Shown here: positions 28,731-40,542 of the stretch, piece after piece
Layout: each line of letters opens with the position of its first letter
How positions within the stretch are numbered: the stretch's first letter is position 1
DNA from: an uncultured delta proteobacterium
GTDB lineage: Bacteria > Myxococcota > UBA727 > VGSZ01
Direction: 5' to 3'
NCBI GenBank assembly: GCA_963775425.1
Contig: CAVZJB010000012.1
Span: forward strand, 256,001 to 320,000
Length of the DNA: 64,000 nucleotides
Made by a program: the position numbers and the translations under genes
The notes under the pieces: generated by a model
Seen by the model: the letters and a program-made list of their open reading frames with translations, nothing else
Database searches by the model: none
What the model was told of the DNA's origin: nothing

Positions 28731-29103
28731 GCGCGCCGACCATACCTCGGCGAGCGGCGGACGAGCGCCACGTCGTGGCGAGGATCGCGTCGACGAGCAC
28801 ACCGAGCGCGACGGGATCGGTGGCATCGATCTCGACGGCCACCTCCCCGGAGCTCGCCAGCGACCGCCTCTCCGGCGGCGCCGCACCGTCATCATCAGCC
28901 GCGTCACCGCCGCGCGCGCATGAGCGGGCGGCCGCCGAGCGGGTGAGCGCGTCATTCGCGTCACCGGCAAAAAGGACCGCGAGCCATGTGACGCGCCCTT
29001 GCACACGACGGCGCGCCGAGATGCCCCGGACGCGTGGGCTTATCGAGTCCTTGGCGGGGCTTCCGTTCGCCGGCTGCGCGTGGTCTGTTTTCCGGACGAT
29101 CCC

Positions 29104-29526
29104 ATGAGCGATGTGTCGCTGCCCCTGAAGATCATCGACGAAGGCGAGAACTTCCGCCTCGCCGTCTGGCGCGGGGCCGCGTACTGCCAGGTGTGGCGCC
29201 GCCCCGACGTCAGCGCCGCCGACGGCGCCCGCTTCGCCGCGGTCCTGACCAACGCGCTGCGCTTCCTGCTGACCGATCCGGACAACGAGGTCGCCGGCAT
29301 CGTCTTCGACCTGTCCGCGGCGCCGGCGTCGGCGGGGCCCACCACGCGCGCGTTGCTCGGCGAGGCCATCAACACGTGGTCGCTCGCCGGCAAGCGCGTC
29401 GCCATGCTGGTGTCGGCGGAGGAGCAGCGCGCGCAGATGGGCGAGCTCATCGCGCAAAGCGGCAACGGCAACGGCGCGGTGTTCGACGACGAGCAAGCGG
29501 CCGTCACGTTCGCCGCGGGACGCTGA
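29104..29526 (+). CDS. Hypothetical STAS/SpoIIAA-like small protein
   Basis: GIVFDLSAAP...GPTTR, RVAMLV, C-terminal VFDDEQAAVTF pattern. Confidence 0.55.
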   Translation: MSDVSLPLKIIDEGENFRLAVWRGAAYCQVWRRPDVSAADGARFAAVLTNALRFLLTDPDNEVAGIVFDLSAAPASAGPTTRALLGEAINTWSLAGKRVAMLVSAEEQRAQMGELIAQSGNGNGAVFDDEQAAVTFAAGR

Positions 29527-29530
29527 CGCC

Positions 29531-29580
29531 GCGGCGGATCGGCGCGGCGGATCGGCGCGGCGGATCGGCGCGGCCGATCA
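29531..29580. repeat. 13-bp tandem repeat (about 3.8 copies) between convergent genes
   Basis: (gcggcggatcggc)3 gcggccgatca. Confidence 0.85.
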
Positions 29581-29585
29581 CGTCG

Positions 29586-30557
29586 TCAGGCGTGGGCCGC
29601 GTACCAGGCGAGGGCCTCGGACAGGCCCCTGCGCACGTCGTGGGTGGGGGCGTAGCCGAGCAGGCGCGCGGCCTTGCCGACGTCGGCGAGGGAGTGGCGC
29701 ACGTCGCCGGGGCGGAACGGGCCGTACGACGGCTCGCCCTGCACCTTCAGGCCGTCGCGGATCATCGCGAACAGCGCGTTGAGCGTGGTGCGGTCGCCGC
29801 AGGCGACGTTGTAGGCCTCGTTGGTGGACGTGGACGGCGCCAGCGCCGCGAGCAGGTTGGCTTGCACGGCGTTGTCGACGTAGCAGAAGTCGCGCGAGGT
29901 CTCGCCGTCGCCGTTGATGACGCAGGGCTCGCCGTGGAGGAGCGCGGCCACCCACTTGGGGATGACGGCGGCGTAGGGGCCGTTCGGATCCTGTCGCGGC
30001 CCGAACACGTTGAAGTAGCGCAGGCCGATGGTCTCGACGCCGTACGCGTCCTGGAACGTGCGCGCGTAGATCTCGTCGACGAGCTTGGTGGCGGCGTAGG
30101 GAGACAGGGGCTTGCCGATCTTGTCCTCGACCTTGGGCAGGTCGGGGTGATCGCCGTACACCGACGACGACGACGCGTACACGAAGCGGCGCACCTTGGC
30201 GTCGCGCGCGGCGAGCAGGATGTTGATGAAGCCGTCCACGTTGGCGCGGTGGCTGGCGCGCGGGTCCGCCAACGAGCGCGGCACGGACCCGAGCGCCGCC
30301 TGGTGCAGCACGACGTCGGCGCCGGTGCAGGCCTCGGTGCAGACGGCCGCGTCGGCGATGTCGCCCTCGAGCAGCTCGACGCCCTCGGGGAGATTTTCTC
30401 TCTTGCCCGTGGCGAAATTGTCGAGCACGCGCACGCGCTGGCCGAGCTCTTTCAGGTGCGCGGCCAGGTGGCTGCCGATGAAGCCCGCGCCGCCGGTGAC
30501 CAACCAGGTCCAGCGGCGTCGCGCGATTTCGCCCCTCACGTCGTCGTATCGGGTCAT
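29586..30557 (-). CDS. NAD-dependent UDP-sugar (GlcNAc) C4-epimerase, WbpP/TviC-like
   Basis: [53 protein letters not shown]. Confidence 0.93.
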   Translation of the reverse strand: MTRYDDVRGEIARRRWTWLVTGGAGFIGSHLAAHLKELGQRVRVLDNFATGKRENLPEGVELLEGDIADAAVCTEACTGADVVLHQAALGSVPRSLADPRASHRANVDGFINILLAARDAKVRRFVYASSSSVYGDHPDLPKVEDKIGKPLSPYAATKLVDEIYARTFQDAYGVETIGLRYFNVFGPRQDPNGPYAAVIPKWVAALLHGEPCVINGDGETSRDFCYVDNAVQANLLAALAPSTSTNEAYNVACGDRTTLNALFAMIRDGLKVQGEPSYGPFRPGDVRHSLADVGKAARLLGYAPTHDVRRGLSEALAWYAAHA

Positions 30558-30563
30558 CGCCGC

Positions 30564-30592
30564 CTTGTAACGCGGCGGCGCCGGGTTACAAG
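30564..30592. promoter_or_regulatory. Symmetric inverted repeat CTTGTAAC-N13-GTTACAAG in a 41-bp divergent intergenic region
   Basis: Each arm ends exactly 6 nt before a start codon (30557 on -, 30599 on +). Confidence 0.6.
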
Positions 30593-30598
30593 CGAGGC

Positions 30599-32644
30599 GT
30601 GCGCGCGCTCCTCGTCGCCGCCCTGGTCGTCGCCGCCGGCTCCGCCGACGCACACAAGGCGTACTCGCTCAAGGAGGGCGTCGAGTGCGTGGAGTGCCAC
30701 GTCAACCCGCAGGGCGGTGGCCCGCGCACGCTCATCGGCAGCTACTACCAGGCCAAGCACGAGCTGCCCCTCGATCGCTCGCCCGCGGGCATGAAGCTCG
30801 TGCGCGACACCGTCGACCGTTGGATGCAGAAGGTGCTCGCCACGCCGCCGGTGATCCGCTGGTCCCATACGCCGGTGGCGGACCTGCCCGAGGAGCCGGC
30901 GCCGCCGCTGACGCGCGCGAGCGACCCGGCGCTGTTGCGGCGGTTGTCGCTCGACCTGCGCGGCACCATGCCCACGCCCGAGGAGCTCGCGCGGCTCGAG
31001 GAGGGCACGCTCACCGTCGACGGCGCCGTCGACGAGATGATGCGCTCGCCGGACTTCCAGTCGACGTTCCGCCTGTATCACGAAGACCTGATTCGCCCCC
31101 GCACCGGTGACTACAACACGCCGGCGAGCCTCACGCGTGTCGCCACGGCGGTCATCGACGGGGAGCTCGTCTACTCATCGGTGCGCGTGCCGGGCGAAGC
31201 GGGCAGCGGCGGGTGCCGCGCCGGCGAGCGCGTGCGCGTCTCCCCCTGGTGGGATCGCAAGGGCGCGCATTGGGCGTGCAAGACCACCGGCGACGAGCGC
31301 GTGGTCCTCGACGACGGCACGCGCTGCGACACGCTGCCTGGCCAGAAGAGCGGCAAGTGCGGCTGCGGCCCGCACATGGTCTTCTGCTATCCCAAGGGCG
31401 TGAAGGACCGCGTCATCGACTCCATGAAGGAGGAGGCGGCGCGCCTCGCGATGGAGGTGGTCGACACGGACCAGCCGTACCCCACGCTCCTGACGGCGGA
31501 CTGGACCATGGAGGACGGCGCGCTCGAGGTGTTCTACGCCAAGCTCGAGGGGCGCCTCGCCGAGCTCCGGGACCCCGACATCGACAAGCCGTGGCGGCGC
31601 CTGATGCGCCCCCCTCGACACTCCGGCGTCCTCAGCACGCCCGAGATGTTCAACTTCTTCTACAACGGCCGCCGCTGGGCGCAGCGCGTGTTCGAGGCCT
31701 TCTTCTGTCACGACGTCTACCCCGACTTCAATCTCCTCGACGACACCGCCGACGCGGGGAAGACCACCGCCGTTCCCTATAGAGACAACCCCGACTTCGA
31801 GCCCACGCTCACCGTCACGGAGTCGCGCGCCTGCGCCGCGTGCCACATGCAGCTCGACGGGCTCTCGCGCGTGAAGGACCGCTGGGATCCGTTTGGCCGC
31901 TACCACGAGGTCGACAAGCGCGGCCTGCCCATCCCGCAGCGAGCGATCTTCATGGGGCGGGAGATCGACGGCGTCGACGGCCTCGGCAAGGCGCTCGCCG
32001 GGAACGACGTCTACGCCGACTGCGCGCTCAACCAGCTCTGGGAGCACATGCTCGGGCACCGCTTCACGCCCACGGAGAAGCGAACGCGCATGACGCTCCT
32101 CGACGAGTGGAAGGCGTCGGGCCTGCGCTTCAAGGACGCCATCCGCCTGGTGACGAAGACGCCGGAGTATCGCGCGGGCACCTCCCTGAAGCTGATGACG
32201 CGCGAGCTGTACGCGCGCTCCGTGCAGCGCGCCACCGGCGTCACCTGGAAGGTCGACGGCGACGTGGGCTGGGACGTCTACTACGACAAGCTCGGCGGCA
32301 TGGATTACCGGAAGGTCGAGGAGCGTGACCGGAGCCCCGGTCAGGGGCACAGCCTCGCGCAGATGAAGGGCGCGGCAGAGACCTGTGATGAAGCGGTGAA
32401 GGACGGCGGCGCGCTCGTGGTCGCCGGCAGCGTCGACGACATGCCCACAGACGCGCAGCTCGATCAGAACCTCCAAAACCTCTACCTGCGCGCCTTCGCG
32501 CGGCCCTGGGGCGACGTCCCCGACGACGAAAAGAAGCTCATGCGCTCGCTCTTCCGCTCGGTGGCGGACAAGCGCTCCCCCGCCGCCGGCTACCGCGCGG
32601 TGTGCACCGCCGTGTTCGGGTCCGAGGACTTCGCGCTGTTCTGA
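30599..32644 (+). CDS. Exported c-type cytochrome-like protein (DUF1549/DUF1553-like), two CxxCH motifs
   Basis: Signal peptide; CVECH and CAACH; [16 protein letters not shown]; Cys-rich CGCGP. Confidence 0.75.
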   Translation: MRALLVAALVVAAGSADAHKAYSLKEGVECVECHVNPQGGGPRTLIGSYYQAKHELPLDRSPAGMKLVRDTVDRWMQKVLATPPVIRWSHTPVADLPEEPAPPLTRASDPALLRRLSLDLRGTMPTPEELARLEEGTLTVDGAVDEMMRSPDFQSTFRLYHEDLIRPRTGDYNTPASLTRVATAVIDGELVYSSVRVPGEAGSGGCRAGERVRVSPWWDRKGAHWACKTTGDERVVLDDGTRCDTLPGQKSGKCGCGPHMVFCYPKGVKDRVIDSMKEEAARLAMEVVDTDQPYPTLLTADWTMEDGALEVFYAKLEGRLAELRDPDIDKPWRRLMRPPRHSGVLSTPEMFNFFYNGRRWAQRVFEAFFCHDVYPDFNLLDDTADAGKTTAVPYRDNPDFEPTLTVTESRACAACHMQLDGLSRVKDRWDPFGRYHEVDKRGLPIPQRAIFMGREIDGVDGLGKALAGNDVYADCALNQLWEHMLGHRFTPTEKRTRMTLLDEWKASGLRFKDAIRLVTKTPEYRAGTSLKLMTRELYARSVQRATGVTWKVDGDVGWDVYYDKLGGMDYRKVEERDRSPGQGHSLAQMKGAAETCDEAVKDGGALVVAGSVDDMPTDAQLDQNLQNLYLRAFARPWGDVPDDEKKLMRSLFRSVADKRSPAAGYRAVCTAVFGSEDFALF

Positions 32645-32663
32645 CGACGGCGGCGTGACGTCG

Positions 32664-34175
<1,512 letters not shown>

Positions 34176-34263
34176 GGCTGCGCAGGAGCTTACTGCGGGA
34201 GCGACGGCGCGGCGCCCCGCCGTGCCCCGCCCGACGGCGCGCCGTCGCGCTACGCTGGTGAAC

Positions 34264-34986
34264 GTGCGCGTGGCCACCCTCGCCGTGATCGCTTCGCTCG
34301 CCGCGGCGGGGTGCGCCGGGCGCACCGCGGTGGACGGCGCGGAGGCCACCGCCATCGCCGTCGGCACCGACGCGTGCGACTTCGGCGTCGTCGCCGTCGG
34401 CACGGTCTCGAGCTGCACCGTCACCGTCGGCAACCACGGCGGCACGCCCTTGCAGGTGGCCGTCGTCGTGGACGGTGACGACGCCTTCGACGTCATCGGC
34501 CGCATCGCCGACGACGTCATCGCGCCCGGCGTGGATCTCGATCTCGTCGTGCAGTTCGCCCCCGCCGAGCGCCGGGCGTACGCGGCCGCGTTGCACTTCT
34601 CCTCGAACGATCCCGCGACGCCGGAGGCCGGCGTCCCCCTCTCCGGCCAAGCCGTGTCGCCGCCCGTGTGCCGCGCGCGCGCGCTGAGCGTGAACGGCGT
34701 CCTCGTCCCCGCCGACGCCGACGCCCTCGCCGTCGTCACCGGTGACGACGTCGTTGTCACGCTCGAGGACTCCACCGCGTCCACCGGCGGCGGCGCCATC
34801 GCGGCGTGGCGTTGGGCCGTGCGGCAGGCGCCGGGCGCGGCGGCGCTCGGGACGCCCGAGGCGATGACCACGACCGTCGATGTCGACGCGGCCGGCATGT
34901 ACCTCGTGTGCGGCGCCGTCGTCGACGACGAAGGCCTGCGCAGCGAAAACACCTGCTGCACGTCGTTCGTCGCGAGCCCTCCTTGA
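34264..34986 (+). CDS. Lipoprotein with Ig-like (ASH/choice-of-anchor-D-like) and PKD-like domains
   Basis: Lipobox AAG|C; CDFGVV.VG...VGNHG..PL.V; SNDP; WRW...GMYLV. Confidence 0.7.
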   Translation: MRVATLAVIASLAAAGCAGRTAVDGAEATAIAVGTDACDFGVVAVGTVSSCTVTVGNHGGTPLQVAVVVDGDDAFDVIGRIADDVIAPGVDLDLVVQFAPAERRAYAAALHFSSNDPATPEAGVPLSGQAVSPPVCRARALSVNGVLVPADADALAVVTGDDVVVTLEDSTASTGGGAIAAWRWAVRQAPGAAALGTPEAMTTTVDVDAAGMYLVCGAVVDDEGLRSENTCCTSFVASPP

Positions 34987-35103
34987 TGCGCCAGGCGGGT
35001 CGAGGCCGACCTGCGTTGACGCCCCCAGGCCGGCGTGGCGCCGGGGCGTGCCCCCGGGGGGGACGGCTTGTCGACGTCGGACCCGTCGGCTACAGCTTCA
35101 GGC

Positions 35104-36402
35104 GTGTCCAGCACCGACCGCCGGGGCTTCCTGCGCCGCGCCGCCCTCGCCGGCGGTGCGCTGTTGCTGCCGGGCGGCGGGCTTTTGACCTCGGTCGGCT
35201 GCGGGCCGTCGCGCATCGCGCGCCGCACCGACCACTACTTCCTCTTCTATTTCATGATGGGCGGGTGGGACCTCGTGCTCACCACCGAGCCCGTACCGCC
35301 CAAGGGCTACGACGTCTGGATCCCCTACGACAAGGGCGACGTCGTCGAGGCCGGCGGCTTCCCGTTCGGGCCCGCGTTCAAGCCGCTGTTGCCGTTCGCC
35401 GCCAAGACCGCGGTGCTGCGCGGGATCTACGTCGACGCGCTCAACCACCCGCAGGCGCGCGTGCGCATGTGCACCGGCAGCTTCAAGCCGCACGGGCCGC
35501 GGCCCGAGCTGCCGTCGGTGCAGGCCATCCTGGCCGAGAAGGTGGGGCACGCGTATCAGATCCCCAACCTCTCGAGCGACTCGCTGCGGCCCGCCACCTT
35601 CCGCGGGCCGGCGCAGGACGAGCGCCTCGAGCCCGTGCGCGTGTCGTCGGTGGAGATGCTTAAGAGCCTGGTGGGCTGGCGTGGCGGCGTCTCCGAGTCC
35701 CGCCGTGACGTCGAGGCCGTGCTGCGCGCCAAAGACGCCATGACGGTGGCCCGCTACCAGGACGCCAAGCTCGCGCGGAGCTTCCGCACCTACGCCGACC
35801 TCGCGCGCGACACGCTCGACGGCGACTACAAGAGCCGCGTGGATGAGCTCGGCGGCGACCTCCCCTTCATGCCGCGCACGAGCAAGAACGCGCGCCTCGC
35901 CGTCGAGGCGATCAAGAACGATCTCGCGCCGGTGGTCACCGTCGGCACCGGCGAGTTCGACTCGCACACGCGCGGGCAGTACGCGGCGCACCCTGCGGCC
36001 GTGCTGCGCGGCATGCGCACCGTCGCCGACATCGCCCAGGGGCTCGAAGACGTACGCATGCCGGGCGGCAAGACGCTCCTCGACCACACCACCATCGTGG
36101 TGACGTCGGAGTTCTCGCGCGCGCCCAACAAGAACGAGCTGGGCGGCAAGCACCACTGGTCCGCCAACTCCATGCTCTTCATCGGCAAGGGCATCCGGCG
36201 CACCGCCGACGGCCCCACCGTCGTCGGCGGCTGCGACGACGGCGTGCACGCGTTGCCGATGAACCCGAACAACGGCAGCTTCAAGCGGGGCGCGGAGGTC
36301 ATCGAGATGCAGCACGGCCTCGCGAGCGTGCTGGCCATGGCCGGCATCGACCCGCTCCCACACTTCGGTCCCTACGATCCCATCCTGCCGCTCTTGAGCT
36401 GA
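35104..36402 (+). CDS. Tat-exported DUF1501 family protein
   Basis: DRRGFLRR Tat motif; GGWD, FDSH, TTIVVTSEFSRAP, KHHW. Confidence 0.85.
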   Translation: MSSTDRRGFLRRAALAGGALLLPGGGLLTSVGCGPSRIARRTDHYFLFYFMMGGWDLVLTTEPVPPKGYDVWIPYDKGDVVEAGGFPFGPAFKPLLPFAAKTAVLRGIYVDALNHPQARVRMCTGSFKPHGPRPELPSVQAILAEKVGHAYQIPNLSSDSLRPATFRGPAQDERLEPVRVSSVEMLKSLVGWRGGVSESRRDVEAVLRAKDAMTVARYQDAKLARSFRTYADLARDTLDGDYKSRVDELGGDLPFMPRTSKNARLAVEAIKNDLAPVVTVGTGEFDSHTRGQYAAHPAAVLRGMRTVADIAQGLEDVRMPGGKTLLDHTTIVVTSEFSRAPNKNELGGKHHWSANSMLFIGKGIRRTADGPTVVGGCDDGVHALPMNPNNGSFKRGAEVIEMQHGLASVLAMAGIDPLPHFGPYDPILPLLS

Positions 36403-36407
36403 ACTGC

Positions 36408-37241
36408 ATGCCCCCCGTCCTCGCTCTCGTCGGCCGCACCCACCTGTTGCTGCTGCATTTCCCGATCGCGCTCCTGTTCGTCGTGCTCGTCGTCGAGCTC
36501 GCGCTGCGCCGGCGCGTCCCCGAGGACAGGCGCCGGCCCATCGTCGGTACGCTCCTCGCGTTCACCGTCGTCGGCACGTTGGCGGCGGTGGGCACGGGCC
36601 TGTTGTTCGGGGCGAGCGAGAGCTGGCACGGGCACACGCGCGCGCTCATGCAACAGCACCGCACCGGCGGCCTCATCACCGGGGTGCTCGTCGTCGCCGC
36701 GGGGCTGGCGCTGTGGCGGGAGGAGCTCCACAAGGCGTTCCTGCCGTTGGTGGTGGCCGCCATCGTCGGCGTCTCGTTCACCGGGCACCGCGGGGGACAG
36801 CTCGTCCACGGCTCGAGCTACATCACGGATGCGCTCGACGGCGTCGACCGCGACCACAAGCGCGCCAACAAGGACGACGGCGGCGCCGGCGACGACCTCA
36901 AGCGCAGCCACTGGGCCGAGGGGAGCGCGCCCGAAAAACCCGACTACGAAAAGGACGTGAAGCCGATCTTCGAGCGCAGTTGCGTGAAGTGCCACGGCCC
37001 CGAGAAGCGCAAGAGCGGCCTCCGCCTCGACAAGAAGCGCTTCGCCATGCGCGGCGGCGAGACGGGCCTGGCCATCGTCCCCGGCGACGTCGAAAAGAGC
37101 CTCCTGTGCAAGTACATCCAGCTCCCCGAAGACGACGACGACATCATGCCCGCCAAGGGCAAGCTCCTCGCCAAGTCGGAGATCGAGACGCTCAAGCGCT
37201 GGGTGGAACAAGGCGCGAGCTGGCCCGACAATCCGCGCTGA
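36408..37241 (+). CDS. Membrane protein (DUF2231-like) fused to a planctomycete-type cytochrome c domain
   Basis: HLLLLHFPIALL, TGHRGGQLVHG; DVKPIFERSCVKCHG..KRKSGLRLD...MP...WVEQGA. Confidence 0.85.
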   Translation: MPPVLALVGRTHLLLLHFPIALLFVVLVVELALRRRVPEDRRRPIVGTLLAFTVVGTLAAVGTGLLFGASESWHGHTRALMQQHRTGGLITGVLVVAAGLALWREELHKAFLPLVVAAIVGVSFTGHRGGQLVHGSSYITDALDGVDRDHKRANKDDGGAGDDLKRSHWAEGSAPEKPDYEKDVKPIFERSCVKCHGPEKRKSGLRLDKKRFAMRGGETGLAIVPGDVEKSLLCKYIQLPEDDDDIMPAKGKLLAKSEIETLKRWVEQGASWPDNPR

Positions 37242-37267
37242 GCTGAGCGCGCGGAGGGAGCCTGGGC

Positions 37268-37951
37268 TCAGAAGTAGAAGCGGCCGCCGATGGCGAAGCC
37301 GAGCCCGAATGAGAGGCTCGGGAAGACCAGCACGCTCGGCACCGCCTCGAGGTAGATCTCGAACGGCACCTGCGTGAGCGCGAGGTTCAGGCCGAGGGGC
37401 ACGCGGGCGGCGAGCCAGATGTTGGTCGGGTAGTAGTAGTAGGTGACGCCGGGCAGGAACGTCCGCTGCCGCGGGTTGTTGAACACGATGAGGTTGCCGC
37501 CGCCGCCGACGTACCAGGTGACCTGGTAGGCCTCACCCGCGGTGAGCAGCATCGGGTGGTACACGTAGTCCACGTGCAAGGAGAAGGCGCCGACGTCGTA
37601 GGCGAAGCCGGAGAAGCCGCCGACGCCGGCGACGATGCCCTGGTCCGGCCGCAGCATGTACTTGATGGTGAGCGCCGTGGGGTAGCCGAGCTGAAGGCCG
37701 ATGCCGAAGGTGCGCCCCTGCGGCGTGGCGGCGGCGCCCGCGGGCTCGAAGTTGCTCCCGCCCGCGGATGACGACGAGCGCGACGTCGACGAGGTCGACC
37801 GACGGCCGTCGTTGGTGGCGGCGAGCTGCGGCGGCGTGAGATCGAGGCTGGCCATGTCGTCGACGGCGGCGGCGAGGGCCGCGTCGATGCCGCCGGAGTC
37901 GACGGCGGGGGCGGAGGAGCACGCGAGAGCAGCCAAGGCGACGACGAGCAT
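37268..37951 (-). CDS. Small outer-membrane beta-barrel protein
   Basis: FGIGLQLGYPTALT, LHVDY, RVPLGL, EIYLEAVP, C-terminal GGRFYF. Confidence 0.75.
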   Translation of the reverse strand: MLVVALAALACSSAPAVDSGGIDAALAAAVDDMASLDLTPPQLAATNDGRRSTSSTSRSSSSAGGSNFEPAGAAATPQGRTFGIGLQLGYPTALTIKYMLRPDQGIVAGVGGFSGFAYDVGAFSLHVDYVYHPMLLTAGEAYQVTWYVGGGGNLIVFNNPRQRTFLPGVTYYYYPTNIWLAARVPLGLNLALTQVPFEIYLEAVPSVLVFPSLSFGLGFAIGGRFYF

Positions 37952-38034
37952 GTGTATTTGGATACACCACGCCCGGGCTTTTCGCGAGTTGAGGACGGCA
38001 CGAGGGGTCCGCGCCGCTCGTGGGGGGACCAGCG

Positions 38035-38069
38035 GATCAGCGAGCGGTGGGAGCGGCCGCGCCGATCAG
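38035..38069 (+). repeat. Dispersed copy of the 29-bp GATC palindromic repeat, overlapping the DUF3224 stop codon
   Basis: 32/35 identical to the array sequence gatcagcgaccggagggagcggccgcgctgatcag. Confidence 0.75.
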
Positions 38070-38458
38070 GGAGCGAACGCGCACTCGAGCGTGTAGTGAT
38101 GCGCGCCGTCGACGACGTCGATCGCCATGGTCCCGGCGATGCCGCGCAGCTCGCCGGTGCCGGACCCGGGTACGATGCGGAGGTCGAGCGAGGCGGTCTC
38201 TCCTTCCATGACACCGACGTGCAGCACCACGAAGCTCCCGCGGCGGCCCTCGATGCGGCCGGTGATGCGCTCGACGGCGACGTAGCCGGCCGCGCCTTTC
38301 ACGGGCGTCCCCGCCGCCGTCATCCACACGGTGCTCCTGGCGTCGAGCGGGCCCTTGAAGACCTTGTCGCAGCGAACGCGCGAGAGCGCGACGTCGTCCT
38401 GCTCGTCGAACGCGGGCTCGGGGTGGACGGTGACGTCGAAGGTGCCGGTGAGCTTCAT
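38066..38458 (-). CDS. DUF3224 family protein
   Basis: GTFDV, KVFKGPLDA, AGYVAVE, GRRGSFVVLH, VPGSGTGEL.GIAG. Confidence 0.9.
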   Translation of the reverse strand: MKLTGTFDVTVHPEPAFDEQDDVALSRVRCDKVFKGPLDARSTVWMTAAGTPVKGAAGYVAVERITGRIEGRRGSFVVLHVGVMEGETASLDLRIVPGSGTGELRGIAGTMAIDVVDGAHHYTLECAFAP

Positions 38459-38556
38459 GGCGTCTTGCTACCGCCGGCGGCGCTCGCCGTCTTGGACAAA
38501 CGCGACACGGCCTTCGCCCCTTTTTCTTCCGTCGCGGCTGCGCGAGGGTCCCGGCC

Positions 38557-40542
38557 ATGGCGAGACCCGGCGCAGACTGGCTGGACCCCCGAGCGACGTT
38601 GCGGCCGCGCCCGCGTTCGTTGCGCACGCGGGTGAAGCTCGTGGTCACCGCCGCGCTGCTGTTCGCCGCGGCGTTCGCGGTGTGGCGGGCGACGGGGCAG
38701 GTGGCGGCGTCGGCGGAGCCGCTGTCGTTCTTCTTCGAGGAGGAGAAGCCCGACGCCACCGGCATCCACTTCGTCCACGAGATGGGCTCGTTTGCGCCGT
38801 TCTTCGACAACGTGAAGCCCTTCATGCGCGCGGTGTCCGCGTCTGCGTGCACCGCCGACGTCGACGGCGACGGCGACCTCGACCTCTACTTCACCACCGC
38901 CGGCGACGGCGCGAAGAACGCGCTGTTTTTCAACGACGGCGGGTGGCGCTTTCACCGCGCGGAGGGCGCGGCGTGGGCGGCGCTCGACGGAGACAACGGG
39001 CGCGACGGGTTCTCGTCGGACTGCGTGTTCGCCGACGTCGACAACGACGGCTTCCCTGACCTCTTCGTCGGCGCGGTGGCCCAGCGCCCGCACCTGTTCC
39101 ACAACGACGCCGGCCACGGCTTCACCGACGTGAGCGCCGCCGCGGGCGTCCCCGACTACATGAACGGCTTCGCGGTCAGCTTCTTCGACTTTGACGCCGA
39201 CGGCGACCTCGACCTCCTCCTGTCGAGCTACTTCGGCGAGCGCTACCTCGCCGAGGACATCCCGTCGCGCCCGCGCATTCATTCGTGGAAGGTCCCCGAC
39301 GACGAAAACGCCGGGCGCATGATGCCAAACAACTGGGGCGACGCGACCAACGGCGGCCAGAAGCACTTCTTGTTGAACGACGGGACGGGTCACTTCACGG
39401 CGGTGGACCCGGCGGCGTACGGCTTCACCGAGACGCGGTTCACCTTCGACATCGGCACCGGCGACCTCGACGGCGACGGCTTCACCGACGTCTACTTCGC
39501 CAACGACTTCGGCCCCGACCAGCTCTACTTCAACGACCACGGCCGCGGCTTCGTCGAGGTGAAGGGCGTGTTGCCGACCGAGGTGGGGCGGGACTCCTTC
39601 AAGGGCATGGACGCGGAGATCGCCGACATCGACAACGACGGGTTGCCCGAGATCTACGTGACCAACGTGTTCCACCCGGTGCTCCCGGAGGGGAACATCC
39701 TGTGGAAGAACCTGGGTGGCCGCCGCTTCGAGAACGTGGCCGCGCCGCTCGGCGTCAAGGACGGCGGTTGGGGCTGGGGCGCCAAGCTCGTCGACATCGA
39801 CCTCGACGGCGACACCGACCTCGTCGAGACCAACGGGTACATCTCGCAGAACCCCGACAAGGCCGAGTACTGGTATCGCTTGTCGCGCCTGGTGGCGGGC
39901 GACCGGCGCTTCATCGTCGACACGCGCAAGTGGCCGCCGTTCGAGGACCTGAGCATGAGCGGGCATCAGGTGAGCCACGTCTTCGTGTGGGACGCGGCGT
40001 CGCACCGTTTCTTCAACCGCGCCGCGGACGCGGGCGTGACGCGGTCGTTCGACGGCCGCGGCGTGCTCATCGCGGACCTCGACGAGGACGGCCGCCCCGA
40101 CGTCCTGTACGTGGCGCAGGGCGCGCCGTACTTCCTCGGGCACAACGTGTTCCGCCCCACGCCTCAGACGCCGGCGCCGCCGCATTGGGTGGGCGTGATC
40201 GTGAAGGGCGACGGCGCGCACGTGAACAAGGACGGCGTCGGCGTCCGCGTGGAGGTGCGGGCGCACGACGCGCGCTCGTTGCCGCCGCTGTACCGCGAGG
40301 TGAGCGCGGGCAACGGCATGAGCGCCGAGAGCATGCCCTGGGTGCTCGCGGGTCTCGGCGCGTACGCCGGGCCCGTCGACGTCACCGTCCGCTGGACCGA
40401 CGGCACGGTGACCGCGGTGCGGGGGCTCCCGGCCGACCGCTACCACACGATCGTGTACGGCGCCGCCCGCGCCGTGGGCACGCGCCCCCCGGCGAGCGGC
40501 GCCGCAACGAGCGGCCCCACCGCGGGCGAGGGCGCGCCGTGA
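38557..40542 (+). CDS. CRTAC1/ASPIC-UnbV family protein with FG-GAP-like Ca-binding repeats
   Basis: N-terminal TM; multiple DxDxDGxxDL repeats; GWGWG; C-terminal REVSAGNG...GLG...VRWTDG (ASPIC/UnbV). Confidence 0.9.
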   Translation: MARPGADWLDPRATLRPRPRSLRTRVKLVVTAALLFAAAFAVWRATGQVAASAEPLSFFFEEEKPDATGIHFVHEMGSFAPFFDNVKPFMRAVSASACTADVDGDGDLDLYFTTAGDGAKNALFFNDGGWRFHRAEGAAWAALDGDNGRDGFSSDCVFADVDNDGFPDLFVGAVAQRPHLFHNDAGHGFTDVSAAAGVPDYMNGFAVSFFDFDADGDLDLLLSSYFGERYLAEDIPSRPRIHSWKVPDDENAGRMMPNNWGDATNGGQKHFLLNDGTGHFTAVDPAAYGFTETRFTFDIGTGDLDGDGFTDVYFANDFGPDQLYFNDHGRGFVEVKGVLPTEVGRDSFKGMDAEIADIDNDGLPEIYVTNVFHPVLPEGNILWKNLGGRRFENVAAPLGVKDGGWGWGAKLVDIDLDGDTDLVETNGYISQNPDKAEYWYRLSRLVAGDRRFIVDTRKWPPFEDLSMSGHQVSHVFVWDAASHRFFNRAADAGVTRSFDGRGVLIADLDEDGRPDVLYVAQGAPYFLGHNVFRPTPQTPAPPHWVGVIVKGDGAHVNKDGVGVRVEVRAHDARSLPPLYREVSAGNGMSAESMPWVLAGLGAYAGPVDVTVRWTDGTVTAVRGLPADRYHTIVYGAARAVGTRPPASGAATSGPTAGEGAP

